From the NCBI RefSeq assembly GCF_963921235.1, contig NC_086097.1:256062001-256126000 (forward strand): a stretch of DNA of 64,000 bases, read 5' to 3'. The translations under genes were made by a program, and so were the position numbers. This document shows positions 1-11,985 of the stretch, piece after piece. Under the pieces are notes generated by a model that had not been told where the DNA came from, made no database searches, and saw nothing but the letters and a program-made list of their open reading frames with translations. The DNA comes from Mobula hypostoma. Its lineage: Eukaryota. Position 1 is the stretch's first letter; each line of letters opens with the position of its first letter.

Positions 1-1330
1 ATCTCACTACTTGTTCCCCTTAATTCCATAGACTTCATACCAGTTTCCTTAGTAAATACAGACGCAAAAAAACTATTTAAGATCTCCCCCATTTCCTTTG
101 GTTCCGCACATAGCCGACCACTCTGATCTTCAAGAGGAACAATTTTATCCCTTACAATCCTTTTGCTCTTAATATACCTGTAAAAGCTCTTTGGAATATC
201 CTTCACTTTGACTGCCAAGGCAACCTCATGTCTTCTCTTAGCCCTCCTGATTTCTTTCTTAAGTATTTTCTTGCATTTCTTATACTCCTCAAGCACCTTA
301 TTTACTCCCTGTTTCCTATACATGTCATACAACTCCCTCTTCTTCTTTATCAGAGTTGCAAATACCCCTTGAGAACCAAGGTTCCTTATTCCTATTCACT
401 TTGCCTTTAATCCTGACAGGAACATACAAATCCTGCACTCTCAAAATTTCTCCTTTGAAGGCTTCCCACCTACCGATCACATCCTTGCCAGAGAACAACC
501 TGTCCCAATCCACGCTTTTTAGATCCTTTCTCATTTCTTCAAATTTGGCCTTCTTCCAGTTTAGAACCTCAACCCTAGGACCAAATCTATCCTTGTCCAT
601 GATCACGTTGAAACTAATGGTGTTATGATCACTGGAACCGAAGTGCTCCCCTACACAGAGTTCCGTCACTTCTCCTAACTCGTTTCCTAACAGGAGATCC
701 AATATTGCATCCCCTCTACATATTGATTTAGAAAACTTTCCTGAACACATTTTACAAACTCTAAACCATCTAGACTCCTAACAGTATGGGAGTCCCAATC
801 AATATACGGAAAATTAAAATCCCCTACCACCACAACTTTATGTTTCCTGCAGTTGCCTGCTATCTCTCTGCAGATTTGCTCTTCTAATTCTTGTTGACTA
901 TTGGGTCATCTGTAATACAATCCCACTAATGTGGCCATACCTTTCCTGTTTCTCAGCTCCACCCATAAGGACTCAGTAGCCAAGCCCTCTAATCTGTCCT
1001 GCCTGAGCACTGCTGTAATATTTTCCCTAACAAGCAATGCTACTCCCCCACCTTTCATTCCTCTGCCTCGATCACATCTGAAACATCGGCACCCTGGAAT
1101 ATTAAGCTGCCAGTCCTGCCCCTCCTGTAGCCAAGTTTCACTAATTGCTATAATGTCATAATTCCACGTGTCAATCTATGCCCTCAACTCATCCGCCTTC
1201 CCCGCAATACTCATACTAAAGTATTGAAATATATACACCTCATAAGATTTTTACCACCACTCACAACCTTTCTATTAGTGGATTTGCTTGAACTTTTAAC
1301 ATCATTTATTTTCACCCCAGCCACACTGTC
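1..1330 (-). mobile_element. CR1-clade LINE fragment (subfamily B-like), ORF2 endonuclease and linker
   Basis: ORF 325..750 has ILDLLL…GSSDHN (APE endonuclease C-terminus). Positions 30-230 closely match 16590-16785. Confidence 0.85.
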
Positions 1331-1737
1331 ATGTGGTCGAAGTTTAGAGATCTCTTGCAGGATGTTAGGGATAAATTTGTCCCAGTGAGGAAGATAAAGA
1401 ATGGTAGGGTGAAGGAACCATGGGTGACAAGTGAGGTGGAAAATCTAGTCAGGTGGAAGAAGGCAGCATACATGAGATTTAGGAAGCAGGGATCAGATGG
1501 GTCTATTGAGGAATATAGGGAAGCAAGAAAGGGGCTGAGAAGAGCAAGAAGGGGGCATGAGAAGGCCTTGGCGAGTAGGGTAAAGGAAAACCCCAAAGCA
1601 TTCTTCAATTATGTGAAGAAAAAAAAGGATGACAGGAGTGAAGGTAGGATGGATTAGAGATAAAGATGGGAAGATGTGCCTGGAGGCTGTGGAAGTGAGC
1701 GAGGTCCTCAATGAATACTTCTCTTCGGTACTCACCA
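1331..1737 (+). mobile_element. CR1 ORF2 fragment (subfamily A)
   Basis: ORF 1331..1657 is nearly identical to the corresponding part of ORF 13337..14563. Confidence 0.85.
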
Positions 1738-2299
1738 ATCATATTCTTTCCATTTTTAGATGATTGACTTAATTGTACTCCAAGGGATATTCAGGGACTT
1801 GGAAATTTTGTTGTATCCATCTCCTGACTTGTGTTTTTCAATAACCTTTTTGCGGAGTGGCTTGGAGTGTTATTTTGTCTTCATGCTGTGGTTTTTGCCA
1901 GGATACTGACTCAACAGCAGTTGGACCTTCCAGATCCAGGTATATTTTTACTACAATCAATTGAAACACCTTGACTGCACACAGGTTTCCAAAAACAGAT
2001 CTCAATTTAACTAATTATGTGACTTCTGAAACAAACTGGCTCCACCAGTGATGATTTGGTGTATCATTTTAAAGGGTGGGTGAATACAGATGTAATCAAT
2101 TATTTTGTGTTTTATATTTGTAATTAATTTACAAATTATTAATTTACATCTCCACTTGTGGAGATCTGTTTTCACATTGACACAGAGTCTCTTTCATTTG
2201 ACCAGTGCCAAAAGAGCCAAATTAACTCCACTGTGATTCAATTTTGTAAAACAATAAAACATGAAAACTTCCAAGCGGGTGAGAATACTTTTTATAGGC
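1738..2299 (-). mobile_element. Tc1-like DNA transposon terminal remnant
   Basis: Repeated GGGTG(AG)AATAC motif near 2078 and 2277, ending in aatactttttataggc, a Tc1-like terminal/DR sequence. No intact ORF. Confidence 0.55.
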
Positions 2300-4062
2300 T
2301 TTGAACATCCCTAACAGGAAGAAGTATTCTAAAGGTATGACACAACTGTGGCTAACACGAGAGGTCAAAGCCTACATAAAAGCCAAAGAGAGGGCATATT
2401 CTGCATGGAGGTCAGTGACCAGTGGTGTGCCTCAGGGATCTGTTCTGGGACCCTTACTCTTCGTGATTTTTATAAATGACCTGGATGAGGAAGTGGAGGG
2501 ATGGGTTAGTAAGTTTGCTGATGACACAAAGGTTGGGGGTGTTGTCCATAGTGTGGAGGGCTGTTGGAGGTTACAGCGGGACATTCATAGGATGCAAAAC
2601 TGGGCTGAGAAGAGGCAGATGGAGTTCAATCCAGATAAGTGTGAAGTGGTTCATTTTGGTAGGTCAAATATGATGGCAGAATATAGTATTAATGGTAAGA
2701 CTCTTGGTGGTGTGGAGGATCAGAGGGATCTTGGGGTCCGAGTCCATAGGACACTCAAAGCAGCCGCGCAGGTTGACTCTGTGGTTAAGAAGGCATACGG
2801 TGAATTAGCCTTCATTAATCGTGGAATTGAATTTGGGAGCCGAGAGGTAATGTTGCAGCTACATAGGACCCTGGTCAGACCCCACTTGGAGTACTGTGCT
2901 CAGTTCTGGTCTCCTAACTACAGGAAGGATGTGGAAACCATAGAAAGGGTGCAAAGGAGTTTTACAAGGATGTTGCCTGGACTGAGGAGCATGCCTTATG
3001 AAAACAGGTTTCAGTGAACTCAGCCTTTTCTCTTTGGAGCGATGGAGAATGAGGTGTGACCTGACAGAGGTGTATAAGATGATGAGAGACACTGATCGTG
3101 TGGATAGTCAGAGGCTTTTTCCCAGGGCTGAAATGGCTGCCACAAGAGGGCACAAGTTTAAGGTGCTTGGAAGGAGATGTCAGGGGTAAGTTTTTTACGT
3201 AGAGAATGGTGAGTGCGTGGAATGGGCTGCCGGCAACGGTGGTGGAGGCGGATACGATGGGGTCTTTTAAGAGACTTTTGGATAGGTACATGGAGCTTAG
3301 AAAAATAGAGGGCTATGGGTAACCCTAGTAATTTCTAAGGTAGGGACATGTTCGGCACAACTTTGTGGGCCGAAGGGCCTGTACTGTGCCGTAGACTGCG
3401 CTCTGTCCACCAGAGAAAGCAGGACCTCCCAGTGGCCACACATTTTAATTCCACGTCCCATTACGGCCTCGTCTACTGTCAAGGTGAAGCCACACTCAGG
3501 TTGTAGGAACAACACCTTATATTCTGTCTGGGTAGCCTCCAACCTGATGGCATGAACATCGACTTCTCTAACTTCCGCTAATGCCCCCCCTCCCCTTCGT
3601 ACCCCATCTGTTATTTATTTATCTTTTATTATTAATAATTTTTTTTCTCTCTCTCTCCTTTTTTTCCCTCGTTCCCTCTCACCATACTCCTTGCCCATCC
3701 TCTGGGCTTCCCCCCACCCCCTTCTTTCTCCCTAGGCCTCCCGTCCGTTACATGATCCTCTCATATCCCTTTTGCCAATGAACTTTCCAGCTCATAGCTC
3801 CATCCCTTCCCCCTCCTGTCTTCTCCTATCATTTCGGATCTCCCTCTCCTCCCACTTTCAAATCTCTTACTAGTTCTTCTTTCAGTTAGTCCTGACGAAG
3901 GGTGTCGGCCCGAAACATCGACCGTACCTCTTCCTATAGATGCTGCCTGGCCTGCTGCACTCACCAGCATTTTTTATATGTGTTGTTTGAAATTCCAGCA
4001 TCTGCAGATTTCCTCGTGTTTGTGCTGTAGGTTTTCTATGTTTATATGTTTCTATATAATAC
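2300..4062 (+). mobile_element. CR1 3' portion (RT and 3' UTR, subfamily D) preceded by a short fragment of another CR1; interrupted by a PLE at 3395-4020
   Basis: RT motifs GVPQGSVLGP and FADD in ORF 2301..3017; (TTTCTATG)-like tail at about 4032-4056. Confidence 0.88.
3395..4020 (+). mobile_element. Penelope-like element 3' fragment (GIY-YIG C-terminus and pseudo-LTR with hammerhead)
   Basis: Manual translation gives …DLPVATHFNS…EQHLIFCLGSLQPDGMNIDFSNFR*. Flanked by tgtgc(c/t)gtag direct repeats at 3385-3394 and 4021-4030. Hammerhead core at about 3888-3923. Confidence 0.8.
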
Positions 4063-4086
4063 GGCAAATATTAGTGGGAAGTTAAT

Positions 4087-4721
4087 TGGGTGTATTTAAG
4101 GCAGAGATTGATAGGTATCTGAGTAGCCAGGGCATCAAAGATTATGGTGAGAAGGCGGGGGAGTGGGACTAAATGGGAGAATGGATCAGCTCATGATAAA
4201 ATGGCGGAGCAGACTCGATGGACTGAATGGCCGACTTCTGCTCCTTTGTCTTATGGTCTTAAAGGATTGGGAAGCTTTCAAATACCAACAGAAGGCAACT
4301 AAAAAGGGCATTAAGAAGGTAAAGATGGAACACGAAAGAAAATTAGCCTATAATATTAAAGAGGATACTAAAAGTTTCTTCAGATACATAAAGTGTAAAA
4401 GAGAGGCAACAGTGGATATCAGACTGCTGGAAAACGGTGCTGGAGAGGTAGTAATGGGGGAGAATGAAATAGCAGACAAACTGAATAGGTATTTTGCATT
4501 ATCCATCACTGCAGAAGGCACTAGGAGTTTGGTGGAAGTTCCAAGTGTCAGGGGGCAAGAAGTGTGTGAAGTTAACAGAACCATAGAAAAGGTTCTTGGG
4601 ATACTGAAATGTCTGAAGGTAGATAAGTCATCTGGACCAGATGTTGTACATCCCTAGGTTCTGAAGGAACTGGCTGAAGAGATTGTGGAGGCATTAATAA
4701 TGAATTTACAGGAATCACTAG
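4087..4721 (+). mobile_element. CR1 fragments (subfamily C 3' end followed by an older ORF2 piece)
   Basis: (TCTTATGG) tail near 4250; ORF 4163..4657 ends with KVDKSSGPD. Confidence 0.8.
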
Positions 4722-5335
4722 TGTAATGCCCTGGTTCATATTTTTACTGTTATGCTGTTTGTATTTCATTTAGTCTGTTCTGCTTTCAGCTTGTTTGGGT
4801 TATTGTTGAAGATAAGAGATGAGGAGAAATGTGTGCCACCCAATTAGGATGGTCAAATTAAGGGGAGGTTTCTCTGGTGAGGGACACTAAAGTTGGACTT
4901 ACGGCTTTTTGTTCTGTTCAAGAGGAGATGAAGTGGGAAGATGCAGGAGAGAAGAGGTCTTAGGATTCAACCCAGAGTGAGACCACGATTCAAGGCAGCC
5001 CGTGGCATGATTGATGGAGGATCAGTGACAATGGAGGAACTTTGAGCTCCAACTTGTGCACCTTTGACCATTTCATTAAAGTGGGCCCTTTTCCTTTTTT
5101 TTTGTTCTTTTCTTTACTAACCCTTTAAGTCAAATTAAGATTCATAAATATAATCTTTTAATCATATGCAGTGTACTATCCGTTCTTTTGTGGCACTAAT
5201 TTGAAATGGTGGCAAATTACACAGCATCCACACAACAGGGGTTTGGGGTGGGAGAGCACCTGAATCACACAAGTTTGGCGGGGCCAGAGGTCGTCTTCCC
5301 TAGACTTACACAGCCAAGGAAACCAGGGGGATTCA
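4722..5335 (+). mobile_element. Gypsy 5' LTR (614 bp)
   Basis: Inverted termini TGTAATGCCCTGGTT…AACCAGGGGGATTCA; followed directly by a PBS-like sequence and gag. Confidence 0.8.
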
Positions 5336-7699
5336 TTGTGGGGTATCATCCAGGATAGATTTCGTTGGATGCTGTGTGATTGCCCTGAGCATTGATCCAG
5401 TGGGTTGTGTGTTTAAGTCTGTGCTAAACTATTGTCCGGTAAAGTAATTATGATGGGTGGTTATGGATGCTGCAGGGGTGGAGTAGTGGTGCGAATCCAA
5501 GGGGTTCAGGTTACGAATGCGTGTGTTTTGAATGCGGTAGACATTTGTATTCCTGACGAATTGTTAATTCGAACTTTAAGTACCATTAAAGCAGCAGGAA
5601 CAGTTATGATTGTAGAGCAGAGGTTTGATAACATGGCGAGCAAAGACTTTGTTTTAGTTCAGACTAGCACAGACGTAATGATGGTGGAACTGCCTGGTAC
5701 TATTGGGGCCCTGGGAGAGGGGGTGCCGTGGGCTGTCCATACTTTCTGGGGAGGAGGAGAGTGTAGGAGAGCAGGCCGAATTGCAAGCCAAGTCTCACAT
5801 AGCTGGGGGCAGAGACTTCAAAGACAGGGTGCTCTCGTTTCTGCAGAGCAAGGGGAAGGAGTGGTCTAATTTGAAATGTCTAATGAGTCCCCCAGTGAAA
5901 AGTGAGAATTCTGAGTTGGTATCAGCCCTTACCTCCCTGGTGAATAAATGGCCCAGTGCACAGGCTGAGTTATCAAAAGCTGAGAATGTTCTCAGGGGTG
6001 AAGCTTACTGCCGAGGGGGAAAAGGAGTATGAGACGGGGTTTCAGAACATGTTTCAGGAAAAGGGGGAGAAGCTTTCTGCCTACATTTTTCGGCTAGAGA
6101 AGCAGCTAAATTGCTAGCGGTGAAGAGGGGCCATTCAGATCGCTGAGGTGAATCAGTTAAGAATGGACAAAATAGCAAAAGGCGTCCAGTTCCAGAACCA
6201 GATCGCTTGGGGTCTCCGACTGTTTCGTAAGACACGCCCCCTCCCTCGTTTGTTGAGCTGACCAGAGAAGTAAGAGAGGAGGAGAAAGTGTCGGAGGAGC
6301 TGGGGGCCTCCGTCAACAGGGTACAGTCCTTGGTAGTAGCCCCCTATGCTGAAGTGACCCCGGGGGGTGGTAAAGGAGATCGTGGCAGAGTTGAGAACTG
6401 AGATGTCCCAGTGACTGAGTGACTATCTCTATGCTGCCAAGTTTGAGATGAGGACAGATAACAATCCCCTAACTTGTATCCTGACCTCAGCGAAATTGGA
6501 TGCCACAAGCCACTGGTGTTTGGTGCCATTGTCTGCATATGACTTCAGCCTGAAGCACTGGCTGGGAAGTAGGAACATTGATACCGATGCATTGCCCCGA
6601 TGTGCGCATGACGGGCTGGACGGGGACAGAGAGTGGGAGAGTGTTCCTGTCCTGGGAGTGAAAGCCATGTGCCAGTTTTCCGTCACGGTGAAGGCAGAGG
6701 AAAGGCAAGGGCAGGATCGAGCGGTAGATTGGGAGCTCCTGATGGCACCATTCCACAAGTTTACTATAATCTGTCTGCTCTGAAGACAAACCAGTTGCCA
6801 GAATTGAGTCCAGAGGAAGTGGCAGCTGCTCAACGAGATGACCCGGGCATCGGTACCATTTGGTCAGTGGTCGAAAAAGGAGATATGGCCCGAGCAGATA
6901 GGACAAAACACACTGCGGTGTCTCAATTACTGAGAAAATAGCCCAGATTGGAGTTGAGGAACCAGATCCTATACAGGTCACGTTGCCTCTGGACTGGCCT
7001 TGGCATTCTCGGCTGGTTCTGCCCGAGAAGTATCGGAGGATTGTGTTGAAGTCGCTTCACGATGATTCTGGCCTATGGATTGCTCAAAGATCAGTTCTAC
7101 TGGCACTGGATGAAGACGTTGCATGGATTTCCTGTCAATAGAGCCAGATGCCAGCAACATGGCGAATGTCTTGGTCACTATGGATCACTACACCAGATAT
7201 GCACAAGCCTTCCCTACCAAGGATCGGAGTGCGTCACAGTGGCCAAAGTGTTATGGGAGAAGTATTTCATTTATTATTGGCCCCCCCCAGGCAGATATGT
7301 AGTGATCAGGAACGAGATTTCGCAAGTAGGCTCATACATGAGCAAATGAGCATGCCTGGAGTCGAGAAGTTGAGGACTACGCCTTATCACCCGCAGGGTG
7401 ATTCCTGGCCTGAGAGATTTAATCAGACCTTGCTAGACATGCTCGGAGCCTTGGAGACCAGCAAAAAGGACAAGTGGAGTCAACATATTGGACATCTGGT
7501 CCACTGTTACAACTGTACACAAAATGAAGCTACTGGGTACTCGCCATATTATGTGATTTTTGGGCGCGAGGCGAGGTTGCCTGTCAACCACTGTCTTGGG
7601 ACTGGCAAGAAAGATCTACCACCGAAGACTTATCTGAAGTATGTGTTTTATATGAGAAAGGAGCTGAAAAAGGCTTATGAATTAGCTGAAGTTGCAGCT
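5336..7699 (+). mobile_element. Gypsy (Ty3) internal region, decayed: PNMA-like gag, RNase H C-terminus and integrase; protease/RT deleted; 3' end truncated
   Basis: Gag remnants in ORFs 5432..5869 and 5703..6032. TDNNPLT…DALPR (RNase H end). SDQ…F…TTPYHPQGD…ERFNQTL (integrase core). Multiple stops and frameshifts. Confidence 0.85.
5337..5356 (+). promoter_or_regulatory. Degenerate primer-binding site, tRNA-Pro-like
   Basis: tgtggggtatcatccaggat resembles the canonical TGGGGGCTCGTCCGGGAT; two of the differences are CpG-type decay. Adjacent to the LTR end. Confidence 0.55.
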
Positions 7700-7990
7700 A
7701 CGTCGTGTCATCGGCGAACCCGATGATGTGGTTCGAGCTGTGTGTTGCAGCACAGTCGTGGGTCAGCCGAGTGAACAGCAGTGGACTGAGCACACAGCCC
7801 TGGGGGGCCCCCGTGCTCAGTGTGATGGTGTTGGAGATGCTGCTTCCAATCCAGACTGACTGAGGTCTCCCAGTCAGGAAGTCTGGGATCCAGTTGCAGA
7901 GGGAGGTGTTCAGGCCCAGTAGGCTCAGCTTTCCAATCAGTTTCTGAGGAATGATTGTGTTGAATGCTGAACTGAAGTCTATGAACTGCA
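7700..7990 (-). mobile_element. Rex1/Babar-type LINE RT fragment
   Basis: [13 protein letters not shown]…[15 protein letters not shown]…[13 protein letters not shown]…FADDTT. Confidence 0.8.
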
Positions 7991-9270
7991 TATCTGCTCC
8001 CCGATATCCCTGTTACTATTGGGCGGCCTATAAAACACACCCAATAAAGTTACTGACCCCTTCCTGTTCCTATCCTCCACCCACAGAGACTCCGTAGACA
8101 ATCCCTCCATGAAGTCCACCTTTTCTGCAGCCGTGACACTATCTCTGATCAACAGTGCCACGCCCCCACCTCTTTTGCCTCCCTCCCTGTCCTTTCTGAA
8201 ACAACTAAAACCTGGCCCTTAAAGTAACCATTCCTGTCCCTGAGCCATCCAAGTCTCTGTAATGGCCACAACATCATAGCTCCAAGTACTGATCCACGCT
8301 CTAAGCTCATCGCTTTGTTCACAATACTCCTTGCGTTAAAATAGACACATCTCAAACTGTCCATCTGAGCGCGTCCCTTCTCTATCACCTGCCTATCCTC
8401 CCTCACACACTGTCTCTCAGCTTTCTCTATTTGTGAGCCAATCGCCTCTTCCCCAGTCTCTTCAGTTCGGTTCCCACCCCCCCAACAATTCTAGTTTAAA
8501 CTCTCCCCAGTAGCCTTAGCAAATCTCCCCGCCAGGATATTGGTCCCCCTGGGATTCAAGTGCAACCTCTCCTTTTTGTACAGGTCACACCTGCCCCAGA
8601 ACAGGTCCCAATGATCCAGAAGTCTGAATCCCTGCCCCCTGCTCCAGTCCCTCAGCCATGCATTTATCCTCCACCTCATTCTATTCCTATACTCACTGTC
8701 GCGTGGCACAGGCAGTAATCCTGAGATTACTACCTTTGTGGTCCTGCTTCTCAAGTTCCTTCCTAACTCCCTGTAGTCTTTTTTCAGGACCTCTTCCCTT
8801 TTCCTACCCTGGCACCTGGGAGGCAAACTACCGTCCGAGCTTCTTTCTTGCGTCCACAAAATCACCTGTCTGACCCCCTAACCATAGAGTCCCCTATCAC
8901 TACTGCCTTCCTCTTCCTTTCCCTACCCTTCTGAGCCACAGGGCCGGACTCTGTGCCAGAGGCACGGCCACTGTTGCTTCCCTCAGGTGGGCTGTCCCCC
9001 CCCAACAGTACTCAAACAGGAGTACTTATTGTCAAGGGGTACAGCCACTGGGGTACTCTCTAGTACCTGACTCTTCCCCTTCCGTTTCCTGACTGTTACC
9101 CACTTGTCTGTCTCCTGTGGCCCCGGTGTGACCACCTGCCTATAACTCCTTTCTATCACCTCCTCACTCTCCCTGACCAGAGGAAGGGTCATTGAGCTGC
9201 ATCTCCAGCTCCTTATCTCGGTCCCGCAGGAGCTGCAGCTCGACACACCGGGTGCAGATATGGCTGCCTC
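7991..9270 (-). mobile_element. CR1 (subfamily D) ORF1 (coiled-coil and SGNH esterase-like) and start of ORF2
   Basis: ORFs 8983..9441, 8491..8865 (VVISGLLP…LHLN) and 8149..8406 (CVYFNARSI). Confidence 0.82.
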
Positions 9271-11544
9271 ATTATATGTTAATAATGTGGATGATGAAAT
9301 TGATGGCTTTGTTGCAAAGTTTGCAGACGATACAAAGATAAATGGAGGGCAGGTAGTTTTCAGGAAGTAGAGACTACAAAAGGACACAGATTGCAAGAAC
9401 GGGCAACAAAGTAGCGAATGGAATAGTGTATGACCATGCACTTCAGTAGGAGGAGGAAGGTGCAGAACATGTATGTTCCAAAAATGAAGAAATACTCAAA
9501 TGGTAAAATAGTACAATCGTGGCTGACAAGGGAATCAAAGCTATTGTAAAAGAAAAATTAGTGGGAAGATAGAGTATTGGGAAGTTTTTAACAATCTATA
9601 GAGAGCAACTAAAAAAATTATTAGAAGGGAAAAGATGAAATAAGAAAGCAAGCCAGCAAATAATATCAAACTGGATAGTAAAAGTTTTTTCAAGTATGTT
9701 AAAAATAAAAGAGAAATGAGAGTGGATATAGGTCCGCTAGAAAATGAGGCAGGAGAAATGATAACGGGGGACAAGGAGATGGCTGATGAACTAAGTCAGT
9801 ATTTTGCATCAGTCTTCACTGTGGAAGACACTAGCAGTATGCCTGATATTGTAGTGCGTGAAGGAAGAGAAGTGGGTGCAGTTATTGTTACAAGAAAGAA
9901 GATGCTCAAAAAGCTGAAAAACCTAAAGGTACATAAGTCACCCAGACCAGAAGAACTGCACCCTAGGGCTCTGAAACATAGAAATATAGAAAACCTACAG
10001 CACAATACAGGCCCTTCGGCCCACAAAGTTGTGCCAAACATGTCCCAACCTTAAAAATTACTAGGTTTACCTTTGCCCTCTATTTTTCTAAGCTCCATAT
10101 ACTTATCCAAAAATCTCTTAAAAGACCCTATCGTATTGGCATCCAACACCGTTGCCGGCAGCCCATTCCACGCACTCACCACTCTCTGAGTAGAAAACTT
10201 ACCCCTGACATCTCCTCTGTACCTACTCCCCAGCACCTTAAACCTGTGTCCTCTTGTGGCAACCATTTCAACCCTGGGAAAAAGCCTCTGACTATTCTCT
10301 CATCATCTTATACACCTCTATCAGGTCACCTCTCATCCTCCATCGCTCCAAGGAGAAAAGGCCGAGTTCACTCAACCTATTCTCATAAGGCATGCTCCCC
10401 AATCCACGCAACATCCTTGTAAATGTCCTCTGCACCCTTTCTATGGCTTCCACATCCTTCCTGTAGTGAGGCGACCAGAACTGAGCACAGTACTGCAAGT
10501 GGGATCTGACCAGCTGCAACATTACCTCTCGGCTTCTTAATTCAATTGCACAATTAATGAAGGCCAATACATCGTACGCCTTCTTAACCACAGAGTCAAC
10601 CTGCGTAGCTACTTTGAGTGTCCTATGGACTCGGACCCCAAGATCCCTCTGATCCTCCGCACTGCTAAGAGTCTTACCATTAATTAATACTATATTCTAC
10701 CATCATATTTGACCTACCAAAATGAACCACCTCACACTTATCTGGGTTGAACTCCATCTGCCTCTTCTCAGCCCAGTTTTGCATCCTATCAATGTCCCGC
10801 TGTAACCTCTGACAGCCCTCCACACTATCCACAACACCTCCAACCTTTGTGTCATCAGCAAATTTACTAACCCATCCCTCCACTTCCTCATCCAGGTCAT
10901 TTCTAAAAATTACGAATGTAAGGGTCCCAGAACAGATCTCTGAGGCACTCCACTGGTGACCGATCTCCATGAATATGACCTGTCTACAACCACTCTTTGC
11001 CTTCTGTCGGCAAGCCAGTTCCGGATCCACAAAGCAATGTCCCCTTGGATCCCATACCTCTTTACTTTCTCAATAAGCCTTGCATATGGTACCTTATCAA
11101 ATGGCATGAGGAATGTTTAATGGCTCTGGGTCTGTACTCGCTGGAATTCAGAAGGATGAGGGGAGATCTCATTGAACCCTTTTGAATCTTGAAAGGCCTA
11201 GACAGAGTAGATGTGGAAAGAATGTTTCCCATGGTGGGAGAGTCTAGGACAAGACAGCACAGCCTCAGGATAGAGGGGCGCCCTTTCAAAATGAGAGATA
11301 TGGAGAAATCTCTTTAGACAAAGGGTGGTGAATTTGTGGAATTTGTTGCCACATGCAGCTGTGGAGGCAAGATCGCTGGGTGTACTTAAGGCAGAGATTG
11401 ATAGGTTCTTGATCGGCTATGGCATCAAAGGTTACAGGAAGGAGGCTAGGAACTGGGGCTGAGGAGGAGATAGAAGAAAAAGGATCAGCCATAATTGAAT
11501 GTCGAAGCAGACTCGATAAGCCAGATGGCCTAATTCTGCTCCGA
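9271..11544. mobile_element. Nested CR1 fragments: plus-strand ORF2 pieces, a minus-strand subfamily-D 3' end (about 9976-11103) and a plus-strand 3' end (about 11104-11544)
   Basis: RT ORFs 10680..11030 and 10292..10591 (minus strand); tail repeat acatagaaatatagaaa at about 9976. Confidence 0.8.
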
Positions 11545-11985
11545 CACTGGCATGCAAAAGCTTGGGTACCACCGGTTAAAATTTCTGTCACTGTGAATAG
11601 TTAAGTGAGTAGAAGATGAACTGATCTCCAAAAGTCATAAAGTTAAAGATGAAACATTCTTTTCAACATTTTAAGCAAGATTAGTGTATTATTTTTGTTT
11701 TGTACAATTTTAGAGTGAAAACAAGGAAAGGAGCACCATGGAAAAGTTTGGGCACCCCAAGAGATTTGAGCTCTCAGATAACCAAGGTCTCAGACCTTAA
11801 TTAGCTTGATAGGGGTATGGCTTGCTCACAGTCATTGTCAGGAAAGGCCAGGTGATGCAAATTTCAAAGTTTTATAAATACCCTGACTCCTCAAACCTTG
11901 TCCCAACAATCAGCAGCAACGGGCTCCTCGAAGCAGCTGCCTAGCACTGAAAATTAAAATAAATCATGTCCACAAAACAGGAGAA

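Noticed and set aside
2301..3017. 238-aa ORF as a novel protein
   Set aside because: Chance in-frame fusion of two CR1 fragments (…AKERA|YSAWRSVTSG…).
4722..7699. Endogenous retrovirus suggested by the tRNA-Pro-like PBS
   Set aside because: The RNase H and integrase motifs and the PNMA-like Gag are Ty3/Gypsy-type; no env was seen.
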